From assembly GCA_020137815.1 (NCBI GenBank), contig CM035356.1, positions 6,944,001-7,008,000 on the forward strand: 64,000 nucleotides of DNA, in the 5' to 3' direction. Shown here piece by piece: positions 1 to 23,942 of this stretch (position 1 is its first letter; every line of letters starts with the position of its first letter). Under the pieces are notes generated by a model. The model was not told the origin of the DNA, did not search any database, and worked only from the letters and a program-made list of their open reading frames with translations. Made by a program: the position numbers and the translations under genes. Source of the stretch: Hormiphora californensis. Its lineage: Eukaryota; Animalia; Ctenophora.

Positions 1-719
1 TGTACATTACATTAGATGGCTATTCTACTTGCACTGTTATGGATGGTTGGAAGGGTCCAGTTAGGCCTAATTAGGATAGAGCTGTATTTGGTTTGGAAAA
101 TTAGATCATATCTACAGTTCCAACTGCAACCCATGGTCATGATTGATGGTCAGAGGGGGGAGGCTGGTTGCCAACCCTCCCCCTCTGACCATCAATAACT
201 GCACCGTGTTGTGTGTGTGTGGTAGTTAATTGGAATGACTCCAGAGTGCACCGGCCGGCAGATCAGCCGGGAGCTATTGTGTAAGCACCCCGCAGGTGCA
301 GAGATGTTCGTACAGAATTCCATGCCCTCTATTGAAAACATGGACCTCAATCCTGCATCGTCAGACAGCGGTTCATCCGGAAATTCGATCACTATCGGGA
401 CAGCAAATGCACCCATTTTGGTAGCTAAATCAGGGCAAAATATGGTAGTACATATCACTATCATGGCGACCCAGCTGCATTGTATATCATGCCTCGCTTG
501 AGGGGCTTGCACAGTTGTCCTGACAGTCGGGTGACAACATATACACCCCCAATAGCGCCTGTAGATCTCCCCCCTGTTTTGGTTCAAGTTTGATTGCCAG
601 CAGTTTCAGTTACCGCACGTATAATGACATCTTCAAGCAGCAGTCGCTCCAGTAGCGAGAAGGTATAGTTTTTGTTAGATTTTTTAAATTAGAATCAGAA
701 ACCAGGTCCAAATTAAATA

Positions 720-2612
720 CAGTCGGACCCCGATTTAGTAGCATCCTCGGGGGAACAAAATCCTGCCACTAGATCGGGGTGCCACTAAATCGAGGTGAGC
801 CATATTTGGCCCATAAAAACCTATTTTATGCCCAAAATGCTATACTAAAACTAAAGACACCTCTAACTGTTATATGCAATGTTCATGTATTGTTAACATG
901 ATCATTTCTGATTAGAAATAGAAAACTATAAAATAATTTTTTCAAAAAAAATTTTCTAAGTCATACCGGCCCGTCCGATTTGTGTTTCGAATCGGTGCAG
1001 CTTACTGGATATCCTGTCTAATTAGCGGGTTCGAAACGAACCGATACGTGATACCATGCCGAATTGGGACACCCTAAGCGGGTGAGGAAGTATGTATCAA
1101 AATTTCAAAATAACTTTTTCTCTCAAAATTTATGGGGAGCACCGATCAAAGCATTGGCAATCTTCCTGTAAAATTTTGCAAAAAAAGTTTTAAAATTTTT
1201 AAAGGTATACCAGCCACGTCCGAATCCTGTTTCGAATCGGTGCATCTTATCGCATGTCCTGTTACTAATTAGACGGTTTGGGACGAATCGAAACGTGATC
1301 CCCATCGAATCGAAATTTTGACGCTTGGTGAACTTGACATTCAATGGCCCCATGGGGATCACGTATCGGTTCGTTCCGAACCGTCTAATTAGCAGCAGGA
1401 CATGCGATAAGATTCACTGATTCGAAACACGATTCGGACGTGGCTGGTGTTTCTTTGAAAAATTTTCAAAAAAATTTCAAAAAAATTTCACAAAAAAAAT
1501 TCAAAAAAATTTTTGGGGGAAAAAAATCCTGCCACTAAATCGGGGTGCCACTAAATCGGGGGCCACTAAACTGTTGTAACAGAAGAACAAACAACCAGGG
1601 AGCTGCTATGTTTCCCCGCCAACGTTTCATTCCTAACACGAAGGCGGGACAGACATTTCGGATCATTTATACATCACGCAAACAGTATAGAACAAATCCT
1701 TGTGTTTTAGTAGCACTAAATTGCGCGCCACATTGCGAAATTGCGCGCCACACATTTCCTGAAAAAGTGTCAATGAAGTGGTTTATGAAGGAGCAGGTTG
1801 TTGTTGTGTGCGCGGCTCTAGTTGCTACATGTTGCCCCTCGCAACCTGAAACGGGACAAGAGAGCTGACTTGCTACACATAGTCACTATATCCGTTTAGA
1901 TTTCTAAACCCCGTATGCCTTTTTGCAAAAGGCATCCGGGTGAAGGCCTTCGGCCTTCACCCGCGCGGGGAAAAAATTTTTTCCCTGCCCGGGTGAATGC
2001 CCGAAGGGCATTTACCCGGGATGATGTTTTTAGCACGCACGTGCTAAAAAGATCATAAAGGGTTTAGAAATCAGCAGATTGTGTAGTTAACTAAAAGTGT
2101 CCATCCGTCCGTCCGTCACGGACAACGCTTGACAACGCTCCTTCATCAAATCAATTAATTGTTTTGATGAAATATGATGTCACGAGGCGCTTCTCCTGCA
2201 GGAAACTCGCGCGCGCACAGGACGTTTATGTTTCACTTCAAAGAAAGTCTATAACTTTGGCGCCGCGCCCTACGTCATTGTACTGTACAATGTTCACTTT
2301 TGAGTTGTGGCAATGGCATGAACTGCGACTTGAATACTACATGATATCACATAACCTTGAAACTGGAGTCTAATTAGTCAACCCATCAGCTTTACCGGCT
2401 CACATATCAGCATCCACTTAGAAGCAGGCGTGGCACAATCCAGATCTCATGCCGGCTGTCAAACTTTGACTCAAAGTTTATATCCTTGAAGTTGGGCAGG
2501 GAAATACAGCATTATGGGTACATAATGCAAATAATTCTTGTTGGGGGAAAAAAATCCTGCCACTAAATCGGGGTGCCACTAAATCGGGGGCCACTAAATC
2601 GGGGTCCGACTG
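720..2612. mobile_element. Non-autonomous pogo/Tc1-mariner-like DNA element (composite, TA TSD)
   Basis: TA|CAGTCGGACCCCGATTTAG at the left end and CTAAATCGGGGTCCGACTG|TA at the right end. Subterminal repeats GCCACTAAATCGGGG, an extra partial right end at about 1514-1570, and an internal inverted repeat at about 1209-1305/1352-1448. Confidence 0.75.
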
Positions 2613-2771
2613 TATTTCCTTTTTCCTTTTTTCTTGGACCAAGGGCCTTGGTAATGAAAATAAAAGAACTGAGAAGTTCCCTGATCATCATATTGAATTA
2701 TTTGTAATTTCTTTACCAATAATCCACGGCCTATCTAAACCTCACAATATCTCCAGGATCATAATCCAGAC

Positions 2772-4705
2772 ATGGTTTTGGAGAACAAGGAAGCAGAGAA
2801 CAGATACTACGAAAACCAGGATAGATACCGAGAAGAGGATCAAGAGAAGGGAAGTTACCGTTCCCAGGAGAGTGTCGAGGTTGTGGAGGTTTCTAACTTT
2901 AGGGAAAAAGAAAAGGTACAGTGTTTTGTCAGATCTTGGCCCACGAATTTGTACATCTTATACAGTTTTATTTACTAAATCTTGCTAGATCGAATATCAA
3001 TTTTAACTAGAGCAAAGATTTTTCATTTCAACTGGTGCATGTGCAGATTGCAGTTGGTTAGCTGATCCCTGGCCCTGGCCCTCCAATATAATTACCATGA
3101 TCTCTATCAGGTGAAGCGTGAGAAAAGTATTTACTCTTGGTCATTTGGCCGGTCAGATATTTCTAAACACCTTGCTAAGGCCTGTATAGCGGAGGGAATC
3201 GGTTGTTTCTTTCTTATTCTTCTTTGTGTGGGGAGCGCCAATTCTAGGATCCTAGTTCAACTGACAACCGGTGTGACACATCTTCAAGCCCTTTACTGGA
3301 TTGGGATCTCTATTTCATTCGGAATCGGTATGTAAATATTAAACAGTAACTTACAATTTACATCCAAAGTCCAAACCCACGTCCCTGCTTTGGTAGCTTT
3401 GCAGCCACCCGCGGACCCATTCCTCTACCATGGGAGCCCCTGCTCTGCAAGAGCTCAGTTATGAGTTATTTCGTAACCATGGTTACTATAACCATGTCTC
3501 TCCCATGCTTTGCAGGTTGTGCGGGTATAATTCACATTCTCTCTGAAACCAGTGGAGGACACATAAACCCCGCAGTCACCCTGGCTCTCTTTGTGGACAG
3601 GAGGATCAGCTTCATTCACTGCCTGTTTTACATCATAGCCCAGTTCCTTGGAGGATTCCTTGGTGCAGGTATACTTTTACAGTCGGACCCCGATTTACCG
3701 GGCCCTGATTTATCGCAACCCCGATTTACCGGGAGGATAAATTTCCCCCAATATAGGAAATTGACGGTATTTGACCCCGATATACCGGGCACCCCGATTT
3801 ACCGGGCAAAACCCATTCCCCCGAGCATCCCGGTAAATCGGGGTCCGACTGTATACCTTTTAGTCAATTTCCAACAAAAAAACCACGTCGCGTGTGTGCA
3901 CACATGTATTTTTCAAAGTGTCCTGCCCAGTGCGCCAGGCCAGTACGGTTGGTTTTTACCACACCATCCCCCACAGGAATACTTTATGGAGTCGGTAACC
4001 ATGGCAACCTAACAACCGACATCTACGGTGGAAACAGCTTCAACGCAGATGAAATCAACTTCCTCCAAGCGTTCTTCATTGAGCTGTTTGGAACCATGTT
4101 CCTTGTCTTGGTTGTCTTCTCTACCATTGATGTTAGGCGGGGTCATGATCCCTCGTTCCTCCAACCCCTCGCCATCGGATTCGCAATTCTTGTCCTTCAT
4201 ATTTGGATGGTAAGTCGCACTTATAATTCACGCTATAACCTACCTAGTACCTTCACCACCACCACTTGCTAAGTCCTTCACACTTAGATGGTGGGTACAG
4301 TTATAATTCCATTTACTTTAGATACCCTGATTATTATAATGGGGTCAGGAACCAATTGAAGAGATTGACACAGTGTGGCTGTAAAATTACACATGCCTTC
4401 CCTGTTATAGATTCCCTATACCAACTGTGCAATTAACCCTGTCCGTGGATCCGTGTGGAACATTGTCATTGGAAACGCAGACGAACAAATCTTTGTAAGT
4501 TCCCATAGCTACAAACATATTTTACTTTAACATCTTCTAAACCCGTGACAATTATGTGACGGTCACATTTGTCAAATATTGTGACACAAAAGACACGGAA
4601 CTCAAACTAATATAGTTTTACTCTATCCAAATTCAGATATTCCTACTTGCGCCCTTGTGTGGAGGTGCTTTGGCGGTGCCTCTCTACAACTTGGTCTTCA
4701 AATGA
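2772..4705 (+). CDS. Aquaporin (MIP family), 6 exons
   Basis: Exons 2772-2915, 3111-3327, 3516-3668, 3977-4209, 4411-4494, 4637-4705, all GT-AG and phase-consistent. Motifs AEGIGCFFL, SGGHINPAVT, FFIELFGT, LAIGFAI, YTNCAINPVR, APLCGG. Confidence 0.95.
3680..3851. mobile_element. 172-bp pogo-like MITE in aquaporin intron 3
   Basis: TIR CAGTCGGACCCCGATTTACC / GGTAAATCGGGGTCCGACTG with TA on both sides. Confidence 0.9.
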
Positions 4706-4830
4706 AGGGACAATAACATCAGATAGTGACATTTGGCAACGTGACAGTGACAGATTGGACCCGATCGGGGTAGCTGCAATATTAAATGTAGATATAGTGA
4801 TTATCTAGTAGACTACTAGATATAGATATA

Positions 4831-5777
4831 TAGTAGAGTCGATAAGAACACTCACCTCCTCCGATTTCAGTAAAACTTCTCACATGCTAAAATATGATAA
4901 TGGAGGTACAAATACCGCTTATTTTAGGTCCAAAAAGTTTTTGGTTCGTTAATTATCGCTAATTGAAAAACGCCAAAAATGGGCTAAAATGGCCCTTAAG
5001 GTGGATTTGAAATTTTGGAGTTGGAACTCCAGACTTCGTACAGGTGTCCGCTAGGATGCCAATATGCACCACAGGCGGGCTCAGGCCTAAATTCGTCCGA
5101 ATTTTTGCGTAAGACCGGATGGCGTAAATCTTGGTCACGTGACCTCGGCTAACTTCTGAACCGCTCAAGTAAGGGATGTTTATAACCTGCTTAATCGATG
5201 CAGAATATGATGAAAATGACACGTTTTGACATCATTTTTCATCCCAGACGCACAGGAAAGACACAAATCGCCTTACAAAATTGACGCCATCTAGTCTCCC
5301 GCTCTTTTTTTGCAAAACTCTAACTTCTGAACCGTTGAAGTAAGGGAGGTTCATAGCCTGCTTAATCGATGCAGAAAGAAAAATAAATGAGAGGAAATGG
5401 CCTTATTTTTCATCTCCGGCGTGCAGGAAAGGCACAAATAGCAAAAAACTGATTTTTTGCCCAAATCACGTGACCAAAATTCACGCCATCCGGCCTTACG
5501 CAAAAATTCGGACGAATTTAGGCCTGAGCCCGCCTGTGGTGCATATTGGCATCCTAGCGGACACCTGTACGAAGTCTGGAGTTCCAACTCCAAAATTTCA
5601 AATCCACCTTAAGGGCCATTTCAGCCCATTTTTGGCGTTTTTCAATTAGCGATAATTAACGAACCAAAAGTTTTTCGGACCTAAAATAAGCGGTATTTGT
5701 ACCTCCATTATCATATGTTAGCATGTGAGAAGTTTCACTGAAATCGGAGGAGGTGAGTGTTCTTATCGACTCTACTA
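4831..5777. mobile_element. Non-autonomous DNA transposon with about 310-bp TIRs and a 3-bp TSD (ATA)
   Basis: Termini TAGTAGAGTCGATAAG / CTTATCGACTCTACTA. Arms about 4831-5140 and 5467-5777 are near-perfect inverted copies. Internal direct repeat at about 5148-5205/5320-5375. Confidence 0.88.
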
Positions 5778-6527
5778 ATAACAGATATGGCAGTGACAGA
5801 TCGGGATAAAGACAGACAATGAAGTGTGTACTGACATAATTGTTTTCATGTTTACATAAGTTACGGAGAATTAGAATTATAGACACAATATGTAGAACTC
5901 ATGGGATAATAAAAACACAAACAATATTTTTGGGATGCTAATTTCTGGTTTAAAGCAGTTTTGAGTACAACAATATGTATACACTAGATCACGCAATTTA
6001 AAGTTTACGTATATTTTCGAAATGTCAATTTGCAATTTGATGGTGACAGTCAGCTTCCCCTACCGCGATCCAAGAAAGAAACCACTTTTGCTTTACCGCT
6101 TGCTGAAATTTACAACGGTTAGCGGTGCTATTTTTAGCACTTTTTGTGCCTAAAAGTGTGTCTATCAAAAAACTATAACAGTATAATGCAACTAGACCAA
6201 AACATTTGCATACGTTATAATCATACTATTATTAAAGCAAATAGGGAAATGATGGGTGATGGTTTTTTTACCAAATATGGCACAAAATTCCTGGAAATAG
6301 CCTTTTGCACGTGTTGTCCCTAGAGGGACCCTGACAACCTGCCAGCTTGAGCCTTAAACTGCACGTGCATCCTTGATTCATCTCTCTGCCGGTTGTGTGA
6401 TTGATCGTTTGCTCGATTTGATCTGTTCACCCCCTGTTCACTACGTTTCGTGAACATCACTACTTCTTACTTCTGGTTACTTCTGATGATTCGCCGCCGT
6501 TTACACTCCGACCGGGGTATCGCTTGC

Positions 6528-8085
6528 TTACAACTCCCCGTCGTTCAGTCTCATGTCTAGTATAGAGTTCCTGGAGCTTCGTACATATCCCGTAACTGGG
6601 GGACAGTCCGAAAACGACGTCAGGTATCTTGACAGCTGAACTTTGAATACCTGGAACTCGTCAATTTGATTAAGTTTTGCAGGTAAACAGTTCCATAGTC
6701 GTGGTCCCATAACAGCAAAGGATCCGTCATATGCTGTCTGTTTGGCCATAGTGGACAGTTTGGTCAATTTGGGAACCACAGCTCGAACTCCAAGTCGGCC
6801 TCCAGTTGTGAACCTTATTTTGAGGTCATTGGAGACTAGGCCGTGCATGATCTTCCACATGTGGAGAATGGAGTATCTCTCTCTCCTGCGCTGCAGGGAG
6901 CTAAGGCCCAGGTATTGCAGTCTCAGAGTCTCTGCCAGTAATCCATCCCCTTGCACTCAGAGATCCGTCTGGTGAAGGAGCGTTGCACCCCCTCTAAAAC
7001 CTGGATATCCTGGATCTTGGTAGGATTCCAAAGAGGGCAGCAGTATTCCAGCAGGCTTCTTACCATGCTCTTGTAGAGGGTTACCATAACCCCTCTATCC
7101 CTGGTCCTGAACACACTAAACACCCAGGCTGCTTTCCTCTTAGCGTTTTCGGCGATGGTAGCGATGTGACCGGACCAGGTTAGATCAGAATGAACAAGCA
7201 CGCCCAAATCCTTAACCGAGGACATAGGTTTCAGCAGCCCTGCTGAAGTGCTGTAGCTCAAGATATCAGCAGTAAAAGGGAGATGGTGCATGAGATGGTC
7301 ACGTGAAACGCCATGCAGTAGGAATTCAAACTTATCCGTATGCAGTTTCATGTTATTTCTCAGTGACCACTCGGTAACCGAATCCAGGTCCCGTTGGAGT
7401 ATTTTCATATCCATTTCTCCTCCAATACTCTTCATGATTCGTGTGTCATCTGCAAAGCACCGCAGTGTACTTCCTGACACAACCGTTGTGATATCATTCA
7501 GATATATTAAAAAGAGCATCGGTCCCAAAACTGACCCTTGGGGAACTCCGCTCTTAACATGTACAGGCTCCGACTGACATCCATCCACCGTGACTCTCTG
7601 CACTCTTCCTTCCAGGAAAGACTGGATCCATGTCACGAGACCTTCATGTACCTTATAGCTTCTAAGCTTTCTAATCAAGATGTTATGATCAACTCGGTCA
7701 AACGCCTTAGCGTAATCAAGGTACACAGAGTCAGTTTCCATGCCATCGAGTGCATTACTATGGATGTTGTCGAAGTGATCTAGGAGCTGGGTGAGGCAAC
7801 TTCTCCCACGCCTAAATCCATGTTGAATGTCGTTAAAAAGCTCATTTTTCTCAAAATGGTTCACTAGCTTTTTCCGTACGACTCTCTCGAAGACCTTAAT
7901 GGTATGATCGGTCAGAGAGACAGGGCGATAATTTGCAGCTGAGGACCTGCTACCCTTCTTGTAGAGGGGGGTGACAAGCGACACCTTGGACGATGATGGA
8001 ACAATACCTTCCCCTAGCGACCTAGTCCACATCAGGTACAGTGGGTGTGCCACCGCTTCAGCGCAGCTTTTCAGCAGTATGAACA
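6528..8085 (-). mobile_element. 5'-truncated CR1/L2-clade LINE, reverse transcriptase fragment with one frameshift
   Basis: Motifs PLYKKG..NYRPVSLT, QHGFRRGRSC, YLDYAKAFDRVDH, SGVPQGSVLGP, FADDTR, then LSSLQRRR in the shifted frame. No endonuclease domain or ORF1 in view. Confidence 0.93.
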
Positions 8086-8981
8086 CAATCGCCAGCGAGT
8101 TTGGAGGAGCCATATGTCCCAAACTGGACTACGTGATAGAATCCTACAAAAGAGGTGATTATTATTCAAACAAGAATTATTGCATTATGTATTCATAATG
8201 CTGTGTTTCCCTGCCCTACCGTTTCACATGTCAGTGACATTGTCACTGCCAACAGGATCAAGGCTTGGTCGTAATGTAATGTGAGATGCATACGATCTAG
8301 CTGTCAGTATACTTCTCACATAGCTTAGAGTTAGCTAACTCCCAATCACATGACATGTTTTAATTCCTGTTTAATTCCATGACACTTGCTAACCAGCTTT
8401 TGACATTCCAACTTAACTACTTATCTAACATCTCACACTCGACTCGCAAGATGAAAATGTGTATGTAACACGCGAAACGCGCAGCAGAGCATTTCATGTT
8501 TTGTTGAGTGGCGCGCGCACACACGTCCATCAAACTGTGTCAATAAGGTGTTTGATGAAGGAGTAGCTCGTCACTGTGCGCGCGGCTCTAGTTGCTACAC
8601 CGTTGCCCTCGCAACGAAAGTGTGACCAAAAAATGTCCCTCTACCGATTAGTTAGTATACCAAAATGACGTTTTCGAATTCTAACCCTGCTATGCCTTTT
8701 TACAAAGTAAAAAGGCATCCGGGTGAATGCCTTCGGCATTCACCCGGGCAGGGAAAAAATGTTGTCAACACACGTAATAACAAAGTATCAATGGCACTAA
8801 TAAGAAATGGCAGTAATACGTGAAAGTATTTTGCAAATGTGCTCCTTTATAAAACACTTCAGGACCTGGCAAAAGAGGACCCGTGGTTTTTCTGTCGAAA
8901 GAATCGCTGTGGTTAATTTACCTGAGGGCTTACTAGTACTAACTAATAAGATTAATTAATTAATTAATTAATAAGACTTAC

Positions 8982-9892
8982 TTCAAGGGTATCATAATCC
9001 CGATGCATGTATACAAACACTCGGCAGCGGGTCGTTGTAAGAGAGTAACAGGCGCCGTGACCTGAAATATAGTGGTCAGTGGAATGGGTCATAGACTAGA
9101 TCGTGGTAAGGGCGCGATCACACCGAGATCTTCGAAAGAATTCTTTCGAAGCACCAAACCTAATCACACCAAATTGTTTCGTTTGGTTCTTGCGCGTGTA
9201 TGTCTATTGCTATTTTTGTGACTCTGACGACAGTGAAACGCATACAATAGCCATCCGCGTGCAAGAACCAAACGAAACAATTTGGTGTGATTGGGTTTGG
9301 TGCTTCGAAAGAATTCTTTCGAAGATCTCGGTGTGATCGCGCCCTGACTTACCCTAGATTGGTACGCTCATCATACAATTTTCTAAACTACGTATGTACT
9401 TGTTAAAACCATTTTTTATTTGTCCGTGTTATAGGGTGCGGTGAAACAGGCTCGAGCAAGGCAGCTATACCTACCTTGACTGTACCACATATAGCTGTCC
9501 CCATTAATGTTGGAAACAACATTGGGTGTTTTCAAGAAGCCACAATCAGTCATATCAATGTCCGCATAGGCCCCAATATGACCTCCAGTTGAAGCGGCCC
9601 AGGGGGTCGTACCATGTCCTGGTGGGACACAAAGATGATCATACTGAATTAGGACATGTTTGGAAACCCAAATGCCTTTTGGTTTTCCAATTTGGCAAAA
9701 GAATACAATATACAAATGTTGGGATCATGTAAAGAACTCCCAGCTAATTCTTGCCCTATAGAAGTTGCTAGAGTTGCAGTTATTTACCAGTGTTTCCCGA
9801 GCATGTTCTGATACACCTCTTTGGTGGCATACCATCTTCACCCCAACCGTTATTTCCATCCAGTAGACGAAGTAGCTCACTGCTGGCAGGTC
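8982..9892 (-). CDS. Partial gene for a small Cys-containing extracellular-type domain protein (ends unresolved)
   Basis: Phase-consistent exons 9788-9892, 9475-9618, 8982-9061 encode ...RCIRTCSGNTGHGTTPWAASTGGHIGAYADIDMTDCGFLKTPNVVSNINGDSYMWYSQGHGACYSLTTTRCRVFVY... Confidence 0.75.
9109..9345. mobile_element. Palindromic MITE (about 85-bp TIRs), possibly PIF/Harbinger-like
   Basis: AGGGCGCGATCACACCGAGATCTTCGAAAG... is inverted at the right end. Flanks are TAA and TGA. Confidence 0.8.
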
Positions 9893-10853
9893 CTAACAGG
9901 ACAACGACACAAAATATAAAACGCATAATGATATTTGGAGGTTTGTGAATCCAAGATTCTATCCGTTATAAATAATAATATGTAACGCGTTAGATATTAT
10001 TAGTTTGTGCAATTGTCGCGTTAATAGTATCAAACTATCACAAATCAATAGGGGGTATCCGGTATACCCCCTACTGATATGTGATATTAGTTTGATAATA
10101 TTTTACATATATGTAAAATCCTGGATAACCCAGATAGCTCGGACAGCCCGGAAAGGTATTTTCAGGAAAGCTATTCCAGCAGTATATACGATTTTCATAG
10201 TTAGGAAAAAGACTTCGGTAGACCGCAGAATCTGTGTTCAGTAAACATGTTTATGTTATAGTTGCAAATATTCAATTATTGACATTCTGCGGCATAATTT
10301 ATAGATTTGCTGGAGATCATTCGGTAAACAAATTGTTCGATCCCGGCGCCGAATATTCAATTATCCAGGTCTGCTTTTTATTTTATAGTGTCTAAGTGCG
10401 GGTGCATATTTATTCTAATGGAATGCCAGAGAATCCCCAGATCCCGAAATTCATGTATCGATCTCCAGTAAACTATTGGAAACTAAACAGTCAGGGGAGG
10501 GGCTGGCCAGCCCCTCCCCTGACTGGGAGGCTGGGTGGTTGGGGCTGGTGCGTTTCAGCGTTTGTGAGATCGATCTCAGTTGCGCACGCCGTCGATCTCG
10601 CCCAGGTGTCCATGTCACTAAGGTGTGCTGGCCCAGCTGGGCCGGGGGTTGGGGCTGAGGTGTGCTGGGGCGGGGGTTGGGGCCTGGGGGCTTTCAAAAC
10701 CAGTATCAATGGACCTGGTGCTGCACACGCAGTTAGTAAAACACATTTCATACATTGAATAGCAGAAAATGAAAATATATAAACTGTACAATGATGGATA
10801 TATCTTCTGCTTCAAAGTCCGCAGATCAGTGAACACACTGTCGAGCTGACTTC

Positions 10854-22124
<11,271 letters not shown>

Positions 22125-23911
22125 ACCATTCAGTTTCTATATAATGTAAAGTTACGATAATGATTAATGGATGTAGAAAATTAAATACAAATTAAATACA
22201 AATTAAATACAAATTATTAAGACGGACCAGGACAAGCAAACAGATTACAAAGACAAGCTAGTACAAATATAAGCCTCTCAGGGCACAAGCAAACTGCACG
22301 TCAGCGCTTTGTTGGTGGAGACTATTTGCTGCTAGCTATAATTTACAACTTAACGGCAAATTAGTACATCCCCTTTTGAAAAATAATAAACCAATAAATT
22401 TGAATTTGTTTGGTAATGAGTTCACATTTCCCTTCCGTATTCCTTCACTCCTCTTTCAGCAACATTAATTGCATTTAATTGCATGTGTTTCTTGGATATC
22501 AACACCATCAGAAGACTTTTTGTGGGGATCACAAAGTACTGTGAGAGAGTTTGTGTGGACTGACCAGACAAGCCTTTATAGATCTGCTACTTTTGCTATC
22601 GGGGAAAAGATATTTCAAACCAAACTTATAACATGAATGGTATGTCAAATATCTCGTTTCGTTCGGCCAAAAGATCCCTAAACGTAGCTTTAGACCACAG
22701 AGGGTGATTGAAAAAGGAGTTAGGGGTGGGCTGGTGGCATGTGGCTTAGAGGAGATGGATGGCTTGGAGGGGCGGGCTAAAAAGAACTAGGATGGGGTGG
22801 GTGGGAGGCTTGGGATGGACTGGAAAAAAGGAGGGTGGGTGGGTGGGAGGGTTGGGGTGGGCTGAAAAGAAGGAGGGGTGGGCCTGTCTGGCACCGCGAC
22901 CCCATCTGAGCGCACTGAGAATCAAATGGGGTATGGCGCCGCCATACAGGGGTGGGCTAGGAGGGGTGGATTAGAAAAAAGAAGGTGGGGTGGGCTGAAG
23001 AGAAGGAGGGTTGGGCTGTCAGGGGAGGTCAGAGGGCAAAGGTGGCTGGAAGGGGCATATTGCTGAAAGGGGGCGGGCTGGGAAGGGGCATATATTATTT
23101 TCGAGTTTCGGTGGGGGATATATTTTCAGGTAGTGGCTACATTAACTACTATGCTCAATATGGCGATTGTACTCTTTAGCAAGGAGGCAAAGTGGAAGTG
23201 TAGGTCATTTTATAAGGGAGGGGAAGAGGGATAATATTTTAAGGGGGGATATATTGGAGGCGGACCTGAAGTACCTACAGACTCCAAGATGGAGAATCGC
23301 GTTAAGCCAGGGGAAAATGCTTATATTTGTCTCTGTTATAATAGGTGGCATAGTGGCATCCCCTCTTGAGTAAGAAGTAGGCTAGAAAGTGTAAGACCTA
23401 CCAGCGCAGTAATAGGGAATGCTTCCAGGTTGATATATCATCATTTTTCCGTACCCACGGCCATATTTCCTCAAAGCATTGGAAATCTACTTGTTACTAG
23501 TGGTTTTTACTTAGCTAGGTGTTATGTAATACGGGGTATGGGAACGAACTGAGGCTGCATCACTGCTCCTCCCCAACATTGGTTTTGCGGTTTTCGCCCC
23601 TTCTTCTGGTCGGACCATAGACTGTACCCCAACGAGATCATGTTTTTTGCTCAAACCCTAATTTTATAGGGGTAATTATTCCACGTCAGTGTTGGAAATC
23701 ATAAATATGGACTAAATCTTGCTCACGAACAATTTCTTGGTGGCCACAGCTAATTTGTCTGGTGCTCGCCGCCGTAATTGAAAATCATGGTTGTTGCATT
23801 CCTCCCACAGTAGAGATTGGGACTTCATCATTCCTCCATACTAGTTGGGTTGCGGACTTATCATTCTCTCTCTTCGCTCTCGATTATCTTCTCTTTCTCT
23901 CCTACCTGTCC

Positions 23912-23942
<31 letters not shown>

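Noticed and set aside
192-587. 131-aa minus-strand ORF at the window start
   Set aside because: No recognisable motif or supported exon chain.
6440-6530. CTGATGA near the LINE 3' end as a hammerhead ribozyme core
   Set aside because: There is no correctly placed GAAA or stem II/III on the same strand.
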